A stretch of DNA of 21,697 nucleotides, from contig JAZKDQ010000004.1 of the NCBI GenBank assembly GCA_040387495.1, positions 62,001 through 83,697 of the forward strand, written 5' to 3'. The stretch comes from Pseudomonadota bacterium (lineage in GTDB: Bacteria > Pseudomonadota > Alphaproteobacteria > Paracaedibacterales > CAIOTO01). Shown here one piece after another: positions 1-8,612 of the stretch (its first letter is position 1; each line of letters opens with the position of its first letter). A program made the translations under genes and the position numbers. The notes below the pieces were generated by a model. The model was not told the origin of the DNA and ran no database searches. It was given only the letters and a program-made list of their open reading frames with translations.

Positions 1-193
1 TTGGAATACCTTCGTGTTGCGTGAAGCGTGCTGATTGGTTTTCTTCACGAATGATATCAGTGCATAGTTCAACGCACTCATCGCATATAAACACAGTTGG
101 TCCCGCAATAAGTTTACGAACTTCGTGCTGGCTCTTACCGCAAAATGAACAGTAGAGTGTATTTTTTAAATCGCCACCTGTGGATTTAGACAT
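1..193 (-). CDS. clpX: ATP-dependent Clp protease ATP-binding subunit ClpX (5' part, runs off the window)
   Basis: Manual translation from ATG at 193: [51 protein letters not shown], the ClpX C4 zinc-binding domain; directly downstream of clpP. Confidence 0.97.
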   Translation of the reverse strand, partial: MSKSTGGDLKNTLYCSFCGKSQHEVRKLIAGPTVFICDECVELCTDIIREENQSARFTQHEGIP

Positions 194-302
194 AACAGTT
201 TACTTTCTTGTTTGTGCGCAGAAGCGCTTCCCCTTCTTGTTATCAGTATGAGCCTCAAATTATCAACAAATGATTAACAAAAAGGAGAGAGTTTTAAAGG
301 TT

Positions 303-935
303 TTAATCTTTTTGTGGTATTTCTACCTTTAATGCTTCAGGACGCGTTGTTATTACATGATCAATAAGACCAAAGGCAAGAGCTTCATCGGCTGACATAA
401 AGCTATCACGTTCCATAGTTTCTTCAATCTTTTTAAGTGATTGTCCAGTTGCATCAACGTACATTTCATTTAAACGAGCACGTAACTTTAAAATCTCACG
501 CGCTTGAATTTCAATATCTGTTGCCTGCCCTTGTGCGCCGCCCGATGGTTGATGCAACATTACGCGTGCATTAGCCAATGCATACCGCTTACCCTTGGTA
601 CCAGCTGTTAACAACAAAGAACCCATAGAACAGGCTTGCCCTAAACAAATTGTTGATACATCACAACGTATATAACGCATCGTATCAAAGATAGATAGCC
701 CAGAGGACACAACGCCACCAGGGGAGTTAATGTATATTGTAACTTCTTTTTCTGGGTTTTCTGCCTCAAGAAACAATAGCTGCGCACAAATCAATGCAGC
801 CATTTCATCATAAACTTGACCTGTTATAAAAATAATACGTTCTTTTAAAAGACGTGAAAAAATATCGTAAGATCGTTCGCCCCGGCCAGATTGCTCAACA
901 ACCATTGGGACAAGCGTAGACATGTGTGCGTTCAT
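303..935 (-). CDS. clpP: ATP-dependent Clp protease proteolytic subunit
   Basis: [43 protein letters not shown] (catalytic Ser), MLHQPSGG; start may be 923. Confidence 0.98.
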   Translation of the reverse strand: MNAHMSTLVPMVVEQSGRGERSYDIFSRLLKERIIFITGQVYDEMAALICAQLLFLEAENPEKEVTIYINSPGGVVSSGLSIFDTMRYIRCDVSTICLGQACSMGSLLLTAGTKGKRYALANARVMLHQPSGGAQGQATDIEIQAREILKLRARLNEMYVDATGQSLKKIEETMERDSFMSADEALAFGLIDHVITTRPEALKVEIPQKD

Positions 936-1214
936 AAGGATCTCAACTAAATTATATAATCAAACTTACTCTATTCTGCCTGAGTTTTTGCTTCATCGGA
1001 AGCACTCTCTTCATCTTGAGTAAAAATTTTTTAGATCTTGTGAGAAATGTACCATTCTAAATCAATAAATTAATTTAAAATGAGCATACGAGATTAATTA
1101 CTAAAAAAGGCCTAAAAACACTTGTCATACAACTAATGCTTTTAAGGCCTCTATTTTAGTTTATCAAAACAACCATTCACTAGGACTCACTTTGAGCCCT
1201 CAGCAAAAAATGTA

Positions 1215-2708
1215 TTAAGCTTTTTTAGCTTTCTTAGGCTTTTCCATTTCAACTTTTACATCAGAATCTGTTGCCGAAGTTTTAGCTGATTCATCAGCTT
1301 TATTCGGTTTTTCAGACTTTGTTTTTGGTTTTTTATCAGATTTGCTTTCGCTTTCTGCTTCAAATCCAGGAAGAATTCCTACAAAAAGCTTATATAGCTC
1401 ATCTTTGGTAAGAACCTTTTCTTTAACTTCAATCTTATTAAGCATAAAGAGCACGACCATATCTTCCAACGCTGGCGCAGTCAACATATCAATTGATTGT
1501 GGCGTGTTGCGGTAGTAATCAAGAACTTGGCGCTCTTGACCTGGATATTTACGTGCTTCTTGAATAACAAGCTCTTGAATCATTTTATCAGTTAAGCGAA
1601 TGCCTTCTTTTTGCGCTATTTCAGCAATTAGCAAGCCTAAACGCACGCGACGCTCAGCGATTACTTGATATTCTTTTGTTAATTCTTCATCAGACTTATC
1701 ATCTTCTGGGTCCAACAATCCTTGTTTACGTGCTTCGTCCATTTCAGTTTTGAGGCGACCCCAAATAGAATCAAACTCAGATTTGATCATTGATGCTGGA
1801 AGATCAAAAGTATATAGATCAGATAATACATCCAATAAAATACGTTTGTGGTAAAGATGGATCTTATGTCGTAATTCTTGCTCTAAATTATTGCGAACTT
1901 GTTCTTTCAATGCATCCATTGACTCAAAGCCACAAGCTTCAACATATTCAGTGCCAACAGGAAGTGTTTTTAAAACATCATGTGAAATCACAGTTACAGT
2001 AAATTGTGCTGTTTTGCCTGCAAGTGATTTATGTTCGTATTTAGCATCAAAAGTGTGCTCAACCGTAAACGTTTCGCCAACTTTTTTATTCAACAAAGCT
2101 TCTTCTATAAAATCAAATATGAAGTTCCCTGTTCCGATACGTATATTTACATCTTTTACAGTGAATGCTTTGATTAAGTTCTTGCCAACATGTGTTTCCA
2201 GGCTAACAACGATACGATCATCTTTGGCTGGCGCAGCATCTTTTGGAGCAGGGCGGAAAAACATTTTAGCTTCCGCGTGATCTTTAATTGTCTGCTCAAC
2301 TTCTTTATCATCAACAACCGAAGTAACTTTTTCAATTTTAATTTTTGAATAATCTGGTGAAGCTATTTCTGGAAGCGCTTCTACATGTAGGTGAAACGAA
2401 AAATCTTTACCGTGTTCATATGGATCAAGGTCATACGTTGGCTGTGATGCTGGCTTTAATTTATTCTCTTTTAAAAGCTTACGGCTTGATTCTTGGATAA
2501 CATCATTCAAAACTTCTTGAATGGCAGAGCTTTCGTAACGCTGACGAACAACATTCATGGGAACCTTTCCGGGACGAAAGCCAGGCATCGATATTTTTTT
2601 TGACTTTGATGCCAGAGAATCCATAACGCGACGATCAATGTCTGCGCTTTCAATAACTACATGGAATTCCTGCTTTAATTTCTCAGAAGCGATCTTTTTA
2701 ACGTTCAT
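1215..2708 (-). CDS. tig: Trigger factor
   Basis: GFRPGKVP ribosome-binding motif, AERRVRLGLL C-terminal motif, tig-clpP-clpX synteny; start moved to ATG 2708 because the ORF-track extension overlaps the tRNA. Confidence 0.96.
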   Translation of the reverse strand: MNVKKIASEKLKQEFHVVIESADIDRRVMDSLASKSKKISMPGFRPGKVPMNVVRQRYESSAIQEVLNDVIQESSRKLLKENKLKPASQPTYDLDPYEHGKDFSFHLHVEALPEIASPDYSKIKIEKVTSVVDDKEVEQTIKDHAEAKMFFRPAPKDAAPAKDDRIVVSLETHVGKNLIKAFTVKDVNIRIGTGNFIFDFIEEALLNKKVGETFTVEHTFDAKYEHKSLAGKTAQFTVTVISHDVLKTLPVGTEYVEACGFESMDALKEQVRNNLEQELRHKIHLYHKRILLDVLSDLYTFDLPASMIKSEFDSIWGRLKTEMDEARKQGLLDPEDDKSDEELTKEYQVIAERRVRLGLLIAEIAQKEGIRLTDKMIQELVIQEARKYPGQERQVLDYYRNTPQSIDMLTAPALEDMVVLFMLNKIEVKEKVLTKDELYKLFVGILPGFEAESESKSDKKPKTKSEKPNKADESAKTSATDSDVKVEMEKPKKAKKA

Positions 2709-2736
2709 ACGTACTCTTAACCTTATTAAAAATCTT

Positions 2737-2821
2737 TGGTGCGGACGAAGGGACTTGAACCCCCACAACTCTCGTTACCAGAACCTAAATCTGGCGTGTC
2801 TACCAGTTTCACCACGTCCGC
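2737..2821 (-). tRNA. tRNA-Leu (anticodon TAG), CCA encoded
   Basis: Reverse complement GCGGACGTGGTGAAACTGGTAGACACGCCAGATTTAGGTTCTGGTAACGAGAGTTGTGGGGGTTCAAGTCCCTTCGTCCGCACCA: acceptor stem GCGGACG/CGTCCGC, anticodon stem CCAGA/TCTGG with loop TTTAGGT, long variable arm, GGTTCAAGTCC T-arm. Confidence 0.97.
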
Positions 2822-2916
2822 TTAATCAGTAATTACATTATTAATAACAAAGGTTGGCGACACAAGCAATAAAAACCCACCTAGAAAAAGAAATTTTATT
2901 CAAAAAAGAAAAACTA

Positions 2917-2945
2917 TTGACATAAAAACATGATATAGATAGCCT
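2917..2945 (+). promoter_or_regulatory. Putative sigma70 promoter for the small secreted peptide gene
   Basis: TTGACA (2917-2922), 17-nt spacer, TAGCCT (2940-2945; TAnnnT); AT-rich UP-like region upstream. Confidence 0.55.
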
Positions 2946-3015
2946 TACAATATACTTGGATAAATAATTTTTTCCCAAGTGTTTTTTTAACCTTAATTAT
3001 TTGGAGTTACCCAAA

Positions 3016-3144
3016 ATGACTAAAATTCTTTTAGCACTATTCGCTATCGCATCAATTTCAACAGCTACATTTGCTTCAGACGTTGCTACTACTACTACTA
3101 CAGTTGATGAAACTACTACTACTACTACTACTATAGCTGGTTAA
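3016..3144 (+). CDS. Small (42 aa) secreted Thr-rich peptide, not in the ORF track
   Basis: MTKILLALFAIASISTATFA|SDVATTTTTVDETTTTTTTIAG*; GGAG RBS at 3003-3006; Sec-type signal peptide; upstream promoter and downstream terminator. Confidence 0.8.
   Translation: MTKILLALFAIASISTATFASDVATTTTTVDETTTTTTTIAG
3088..3132 (+). repeat. In-frame (ACT)n microsatellites encoding poly-Thr
   Basis: (ACT)4 at 3088-3099 and (ACT)7 at 3112-3132. Confidence 0.9.
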
Positions 3145-3195
3145 TTAGAAATAATATCACGCACGTGATTGTTTCTAAAACTATTTTTAAAGCTT

Positions 3196-3226
3196 AAAAA
3201 AGGCCCCTTTTTAGGGGTCTTTTTTT
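3196..3226 (+). terminator. Rho-independent terminator, probably bidirectional
   Basis: AAAAAAGGCCCCT-TTTT-AGGGGTCTTTTTTT: GC stem with U-tracts on both strands. Confidence 0.85.
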
Positions 3227-3394
3227 GTCTCTTGACGGCAATGATTTCCCAGCTACACCCGAGACTACGCCGCGTCCAAACTACACCAGTGGGGATGAAA
3301 ACATTAGAAAAGAGGATGTAGTTGCCAAAAATTATAACATCAGCTCAGAAAACAACCAAAAAAGCCTCACCAGACCCTTTGGTTATGAAACGTC

Positions 3395-3721
3395 TTAAAC
3401 AGAAAAAGAAACAGCAAGAAGCTTTGCTTTGCTTAAAGTCCTTAAGGCCCTCTTACAGATCCGCGCAGTCTCTGGGGTTAGGGATTGCCATGTCCACCGA
3501 TCACACACTATTTGAACCCAATTCAGTTGGCTCTTACTTGCATCATTCAGCCAGTTTGCCACAGAATCTTGCAGATACTTCTGTGATACAGACTTCAATG
3601 GATCAATTAAAGGTAATCCTAGCGCGGGGTCCATTTTCAAACGCGTAATATGCCCACACTACACTCTACGTGGTCGAGTAATCTCAACGGCAAAACATGG
3701 ATGTTCTTGTATTATCTTCAT
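3395..3721 (-). pseudogene. Truncated 3' fragment of an AlkC-like DNA alkylation repair gene, paralogous to 6053-6781
   Basis: [22 protein letters not shown]...[20 protein letters not shown]...[10 protein letters not shown] aligns with the C-terminus of the intact gene (65/87 aa by hand count); in-frame TAG at 3659-3661 where the paralog has Trp; N-terminal two thirds missing. Confidence 0.9.
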
Positions 3722-3760
3722 CTTTATTTACATCCCCAATTTACAAAACTTTTCTTTCCT

Positions 3761-5761
3761 TTATGAAGGAACAGCTGGCACTGTAAATACAAAATCGCTT
3801 CCACCTTCAGGGGTTGATTGCACATATATTTCGCCATTGTGGTCATTTACGATTTTTTGACATGTGGCCAAGCCAATACCAGACCCCTCATATTGATTTT
3901 TGCTATGTAGACGACTAAACATAGTAAATATGCTTTTATGATATTCTGGCGCGATTCCAATACCATTATCACTCACATGAAACTCCCACCAAGGACCACG
4001 ATCAACAGCAAATATATTTATTGTAAGCGGTCTTTCCGAATGAAATTTAATTGCATTGCCAATAAGGTTTGTAAAAAGTTGATTTATTTGAGTTGGAGCC
4101 CCTAAAATTGTTGGCAATGGTTCTACACTCAAGTGTCCTCCTATTTCAGTGAGGCGATAATCAAAAGATTCTTTGATTTCATGAATAATTTCATTAATAT
4201 TTATTGGGTTTTTTTCACGCTTTTCGTGTTCGGCAGCTTCTGAATAGGATAAAATATCTTTAATTAAGTTATGCATACGATCAATTCCTTTAAGAGTATG
4301 GCGCATGTAAATTAATGATTCTTCATCAAATTTATCTAGATTATGGCTAAATAACAATTGGATGAAATTTGAAATGCTACGTAACGGTTCTTTTAAATCA
4401 TGCGAACAAACATGTGCAAAACGATCAAGCGATTGGTTTGAACGAATCAAATTATTAACAGCAGTTTGAATACTTTTTTCAGATTCTATTCGGTCAGTAA
4501 TAATATTTGCATAAATAAAAACACCACCAATTTTTTTGTTCATTGTATACCATGGGTGAATACTCCATTCTACCCAGCAAGGCTCTTTTATTAAATTAGC
4601 AATTTTTTCTGCTTTACATGAAAGTATCTCTCCCGTTAATCCACGTAAATGTTTATTTCTCCATTCTTTTGGTTGAAGAGGATGGACATCATAATGAGAT
4701 TTGCCAATTAATTCCAAGGGGTCACCAAGTTTAAATGATTTGCACCATTCAGTACTAGCAAATTTATAACACATATTTGTATCAAACATTGCGACAGGCG
4801 CAGGCACTTGTTCAATAAAAAAAGTGGTTATATTATCTAATTCGTTATGATTAACACCAAGACTTTTAAAAGAAATAGAACGTTTTGCTATACTAATAAA
4901 GGGCTCTATGAAATCTAAAAGAACGTTCTCAAAAGGTGCACTCCGTTCAAGAATAATCATACTTTGTTGTTCAAATGGTAAATCGAGATAAATACCAAGA
5001 AACGATGTTCCATTTCCATTTTGAATAATATGTTCTTTAGCAACTTGAAGTGTTTTGATAAAATTTAGCTTTTCAGCGGATAATAATAATTCATCAATGC
5101 TATTTCTATTATGATCGAATAAAACATCATAATTAAATTTTTTCTTATTAAAATGCCTTGTATAATAAAATATAAATAAAGACTTCTGAGAATTTGTGAT
5201 TTTTTCAAGGGATGATAATATTTCTGAACAAACAAAGGCTTCTGTATATATTGATTCAGCCAAAGAATCAGCCGTGTGGCATGCCCTTTTATAATTTTTA
5301 TAACACTTTTTAATGTGTTTGATTTCTGTAAGCAACATTTTCATTTGATAAAATTCTTCTTCATGTTCTTTAAAAGAAGTAATATCTGTGCATGTACCAA
5401 ATCCACGCACTATGTCTCCATTTTTATCAGTTTCAAGAATTTTCCCACGAAAATTAAACCATCGCCAGGTGCCATCTCGGCATAGACGCCGGCTTTCTGT
5501 TACAATGTATGCTTCTTCTTTTTCTTTTATTTTCTTTTTTATGATTTCAATTGTTTCTAGATCTTCCGGATGTATTAACTTTCGATAAGCGGCCAGTGAT
5601 TGAGTCGTATCAAAGTTGGAGAATGCAAGTGTTTCGGCTAAAAGGGGGCACATTGTAACTGTGTTTTTCAATTTATCCCATTCAAGAAGACCAAATTGTA
5701 TAAAGTCTTTGTTTTTTTTTGAATTCAAAATCGCGCACCAGTCAAAGAAAAACAATATCAA
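3761..5761 (-). CDS. Multi-PAS sensor histidine kinase (PAS/PAC - linker - PAS - HisKA - HATPase)
   Basis: IHPEDL...RDGTWRWF...GTCTDIT PAS/PAC; FIEQVPAPVAMFD PAS; H-box SHDLKEPLRSI; N-box NLIGNAIKF; G1 DNGIGI; G2 GSGIGLA; start codon uncertain (TTG). Confidence 0.92.
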   Translation of the reverse strand: MILFFFDWCAILNSKKNKDFIQFGLLEWDKLKNTVTMCPLLAETLAFSNFDTTQSLAAYRKLIHPEDLETIEIIKKKIKEKEEAYIVTESRRLCRDGTWRWFNFRGKILETDKNGDIVRGFGTCTDITSFKEHEEEFYQMKMLLTEIKHIKKCYKNYKRACHTADSLAESIYTEAFVCSEILSSLEKITNSQKSLFIFYYTRHFNKKKFNYDVLFDHNRNSIDELLLSAEKLNFIKTLQVAKEHIIQNGNGTSFLGIYLDLPFEQQSMIILERSAPFENVLLDFIEPFISIAKRSISFKSLGVNHNELDNITTFFIEQVPAPVAMFDTNMCYKFASTEWCKSFKLGDPLELIGKSHYDVHPLQPKEWRNKHLRGLTGEILSCKAEKIANLIKEPCWVEWSIHPWYTMNKKIGGVFIYANIITDRIESEKSIQTAVNNLIRSNQSLDRFAHVCSHDLKEPLRSISNFIQLLFSHNLDKFDEESLIYMRHTLKGIDRMHNLIKDILSYSEAAEHEKREKNPININEIIHEIKESFDYRLTEIGGHLSVEPLPTILGAPTQINQLFTNLIGNAIKFHSERPLTINIFAVDRGPWWEFHVSDNGIGIAPEYHKSIFTMFSRLHSKNQYEGSGIGLATCQKIVNDHNGEIYVQSTPEGGSDFVFTVPAVPS

Positions 5762-5981
5762 TACATTATTTTATCGATATATATTTTTAAATTAGTAAAT
5801 AATGCCAAAATAAAAAACTTATATCAAATTGAAAAATTGTTATTTTTTCAACTAAACAGAGAATTTCGGTATCTGTGAAAACATTCATGACAAGATAGAT
5901 ACAAAATACCTTCTCATTTCAGAATTCAACTTTGAATTCATTTCCTCATAGTAATAACCTGCAGATCCTCAGCATGTAACC

Positions 5982-6012
5982 AAACCAATGCCAGCCCCCC
6001 CACATTGGTTTT
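5982..6012. terminator. Possible hairpin/terminator downstream of the AlkC-like gene
   Basis: Inverted repeat AAACCAATG...CATTGGTTT. Confidence 0.35.
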
Positions 6013-6052
6013 ATTCTATAGTAGATGGTTAAATTTTAAGCACAATTCTCAT

Positions 6053-6781
6053 TTATGATTTTCGCAATGTCCTTAAAGCACGCTTGCAAATCCGAACCGT
6101 CTCAGGACTTGACGACACAGAAAGCCATTGGTCGCACACCTGCTTCACCCAAGTCGGTTGACTCTTACTGGCATCATTCAACCAATTCGCTACTGAATCT
6201 TGAAGATATTTCTGTGATGCAATTTTTAGTGGCTCCAAAAGGGGCAAGCCTATATGCGGCTCTGCCTTTAGCCGGGGAATATGCCCACACCACACACCTC
6301 TAGGCCGCGTAATCTCAACGGCAAAGCGTTGCACTAAAACAGATGGATCAGAAATCCACGGTTGCAGCAACGCCAACCCCTCATCCAGCGATGCACTAAT
6401 AGCAGGACGCATCGCAATCCACGCCCACTCCCGTACGCCAAAATGGGAATCATCCGCTAAAGATTTAACCTGGGTGAGTTGGTCAGAAAGCTGTAATGGT
6501 TGCAACGCTAGCAAATATGCCGCAATGCCACGGATGGTATCACTTGGGTGGATGCGCATCATATCGAAACAATCAAACCCAATCTGATCATGAATCGCCA
6601 TTGCTGAATGCAACATACGCTTCGTGATGCCAAGCGTATTATCAATCTGCAAGGCATGCGTAGTGAAAACAGTCTGCAGCAACACATTAAAATCAACCGC
6701 GAGGCCATCCATTAGGTTCTGTGTTTCGATCGTCCCTTGACTAAGGAGAGCTATGCGTTCGGCAGTTGGTTTTTGGGACAT
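6053..6781 (-). CDS. DNA alkylation repair protein (AlkC-like HEAT-repeat DNA glycosylase family)
   Basis: [46 protein letters not shown] motifs; ATG 6781 preferred over GTG 6829. Confidence 0.82.
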   Translation of the reverse strand: MSQKPTAERIALLSQGTIETQNLMDGLAVDFNVLLQTVFTTHALQIDNTLGITKRMLHSAMAIHDQIGFDCFDMMRIHPSDTIRGIAAYLLALQPLQLSDQLTQVKSLADDSHFGVREWAWIAMRPAISASLDEGLALLQPWISDPSVLVQRFAVEITRPRGVWCGHIPRLKAEPHIGLPLLEPLKIASQKYLQDSVANWLNDASKSQPTWVKQVCDQWLSVSSSPETVRICKRALRTLRKS

Positions 6782-6877
6782 AAATATTTTCACTTCTTCT
6801 TCGACACAAAATAACACATTTACAATCACCTCACAAACCCCCTATGATCAGACAACTCATATAAAATAACAATATTT

Positions 6878-7510
6878 ATGTCTCTTCTTACTCGCCGCGG
6901 TCTCATGCTTATCTTGTCATCACCATCAGGTGCTGGAAAAACAACAATTGTAAATGCACTTTTAAGCAGTGAGACACATCTAAAAACATCCATATCTGTT
7001 ACAACGCGGCCAAAACGCCCTACCGAAATTGATGGTCGGGATTATTATTTTGTCACCCCTGAAGAATTTCAAAAGCGCATTGATGCTGAGGAATTCTTTG
7101 AATATGCCGAGGTTTTTGGAAACCTATATGGTACACCGAAACAATTTGTTCTCGATACACTTCATAACGGTCATGATGTTGTGTTCGATATTGACTGGCA
7201 AGGCACGCAACAAATAAGCCAATCGGCACGTGATGACCTTGTCACAATTTTCATCCTCCCACCGTCGCTTGCAGAGCTTGAACTGCGTCTTCGTGGACGC
7301 AATCAAGATTCAGCCGAAGTGATCACCCAACGTATGCATGAAGCAAGTTCCGAGCTAAGCCATTGGCCAGAATACAATTATGTCGTTATTAATCATAACA
7401 TAAATGATAGCACGGCAACTGTACGCTCTATCTTGCAAGCTGAACGCCATCGTCGCAAACGGCAAGTGGGTCTGGCGGATTTTGTGAATCATATGCGACA
7501 CCCTGTGTAA
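6878..7510 (+). CDS. gmk: Guanylate kinase
   Basis: LSSPSGAGKTT P-loop, SVTTRPKRPTEIDGRDYYFV, FDIDWQG, IFILPPS. Confidence 0.98.
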   Translation: MSLLTRRGLMLILSSPSGAGKTTIVNALLSSETHLKTSISVTTRPKRPTEIDGRDYYFVTPEEFQKRIDAEEFFEYAEVFGNLYGTPKQFVLDTLHNGHDVVFDIDWQGTQQISQSARDDLVTIFILPPSLAELELRLRGRNQDSAEVITQRMHEASSELSHWPEYNYVVINHNINDSTATVRSILQAERHRRKRQVGLADFVNHMRHPV

Positions 7511-7555
7511 TGTACGTACTATTTTCAAAAACAATGATCGAATAAATTAAAAAAT

Positions 7556-7662
7556 CTCTTTAGTTTTTCTTCTCTCTTTCCTTAGTATTTCCCTTATTCC
7601 TTCTTCAATTTCCCTCTACTCCTGCTTCAATTTTCCTCCACTCCCCTTTTTAGTTTTCCTCC
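7556..7662 (+). repeat. Polypyrimidine tract with about three degenerate 22-nt tandem units
   Basis: TCCTTCTTCAATTTCCCTCTAC (7598-7619), TCCTGCTTCAATTTTCCTCCAC (7620-7641), TCCCCTTTTTAGTTTTCCTCC (7642-7662). Confidence 0.6.
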
Positions 7663-7900
7663 GACATGATCGAAGGATCTATGTATCGCCTGTTCCCTAA
7701 AGTGGACTCTCTGATCACGTTTAATGGAAACTGAATAACGGACTGAAGTTAATTAAACTTTTTTTGAAAATGGTATAATTTGCATATTCTTCATAAAAAT
7801 TAATATTTATTTCAATAAATTATTGATAAACTTTTTTCAGAGGCTATTTTGTTTGATCATAACAAACAAAAATTTTACTTCCGATGCAAAGGTTAATCAT

Positions 7901-8473
7901 ATGAAATTTGCCTGGTTATTAATTTTTACGAATACAATTGTTTCGGCAGCAGAAATATCTGAAAATGATTCTCCTGTAACAACAATTAATTCTCCTGTAA
8001 CAACAATTAGAAGTTTACCAGAAATAGAAAGTGACTATGGACATCTTGTTGATATTGAAGAAACAGAACAAGAGTTAATTAAAACAACGAATAAACAATC
8101 AGCAGAATCACAGCCAGCGTTACTTAAAGCAACAGAAACCGTATCACTTTCATATTCCTTTCTATCGAGCACAGCAACACTGCTCAGTTATTCTCCGCAC
8201 CTTATTCCATTAATAGTAGGTATAAAAAGTTTCAATTCTAAAGATCCTGCTCTTAAAAAAATGTTTACCAAAATTTGCCTTGCTTACTTTCTTGGATATT
8301 ACCGTGGTTTTTTTAATAATGAAAATTCCGCTTATAATCCTCCTCCAAGCATTCAACAGCATATTTATTATTATGCAACTTTATGTGGTGGGCTAAGTTG
8401 TTTTCTACCATTCGAACAATACGCATTAAGCACATTATCTATTGGATTTAAATTATTTAAGAATTTTCGCTAG
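7901..8473 (+). CDS. Hypothetical exported/membrane protein
   Basis: ATG 7901 gives the signal-like MKFAWLLIFTNTIVSA|AE; acidic N-terminal half and hydrophobic C-terminal segments; no family recognised. Confidence 0.65.
   Translation: MKFAWLLIFTNTIVSAAEISENDSPVTTINSPVTTIRSLPEIESDYGHLVDIEETEQELIKTTNKQSAESQPALLKATETVSLSYSFLSSTATLLSYSPHLIPLIVGIKSFNSKDPALKKMFTKICLAYFLGYYRGFFNNENSAYNPPPSIQQHIYYYATLCGGLSCFLPFEQYALSTLSIGFKLFKNFR
7968..8009 (+). repeat. Perfect 21-nt in-frame tandem duplication
   Basis: ATTCTCCTGTAACAACAATTA x2, encoding DSPVTTI/NSPVTTI. Confidence 0.95.
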
Positions 8474-8612
8474 CATTGCTACTCAATTAACGGTATAATT
8501 TATACTAAAATTCGTATTACTAAAAACGTGACGATGAAGCATTATCATACATTCAAGCCAAACTTCAACCTTTGGCAATGATTGCCTGATTCGTTACTAG
8601 AAAATAGGTTCA

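Noticed and set aside
2709..2768. N-terminal extension of tig, and the + strand ORF 2557-2832
   Set aside because: Both are read through the tRNA-Leu gene (the WCGRRDLNPH pattern is a typical tRNA antisense artefact)
3225..3398. Open + frame LDGNDFPATPETTPRPNY...GYETS*
   Set aside because: No RBS, its only start lies inside the terminator, and there is no recognisable homology; possibly a remnant but unsupported
3322..3648. 108-aa + strand ORF
   Set aside because: Antisense shadow of the alkC-like fragment, which has clear homology on the minus strand
2737..3700. tRNA-anchored genomic island
   Set aside because: The accessory DNA is on the 5' side of the tRNA, and no duplicated tRNA 3' end or integrase is seen
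7598..8009. CRISPR array
   Set aside because: Repeats are tandem without spacers, and there are no cas genes
8573..8586. GGCAATGATTGCC palindrome, similar to GGCAATGATTTCC near 3237
   Set aside because: Short, only two imperfect copies, compatible with chance
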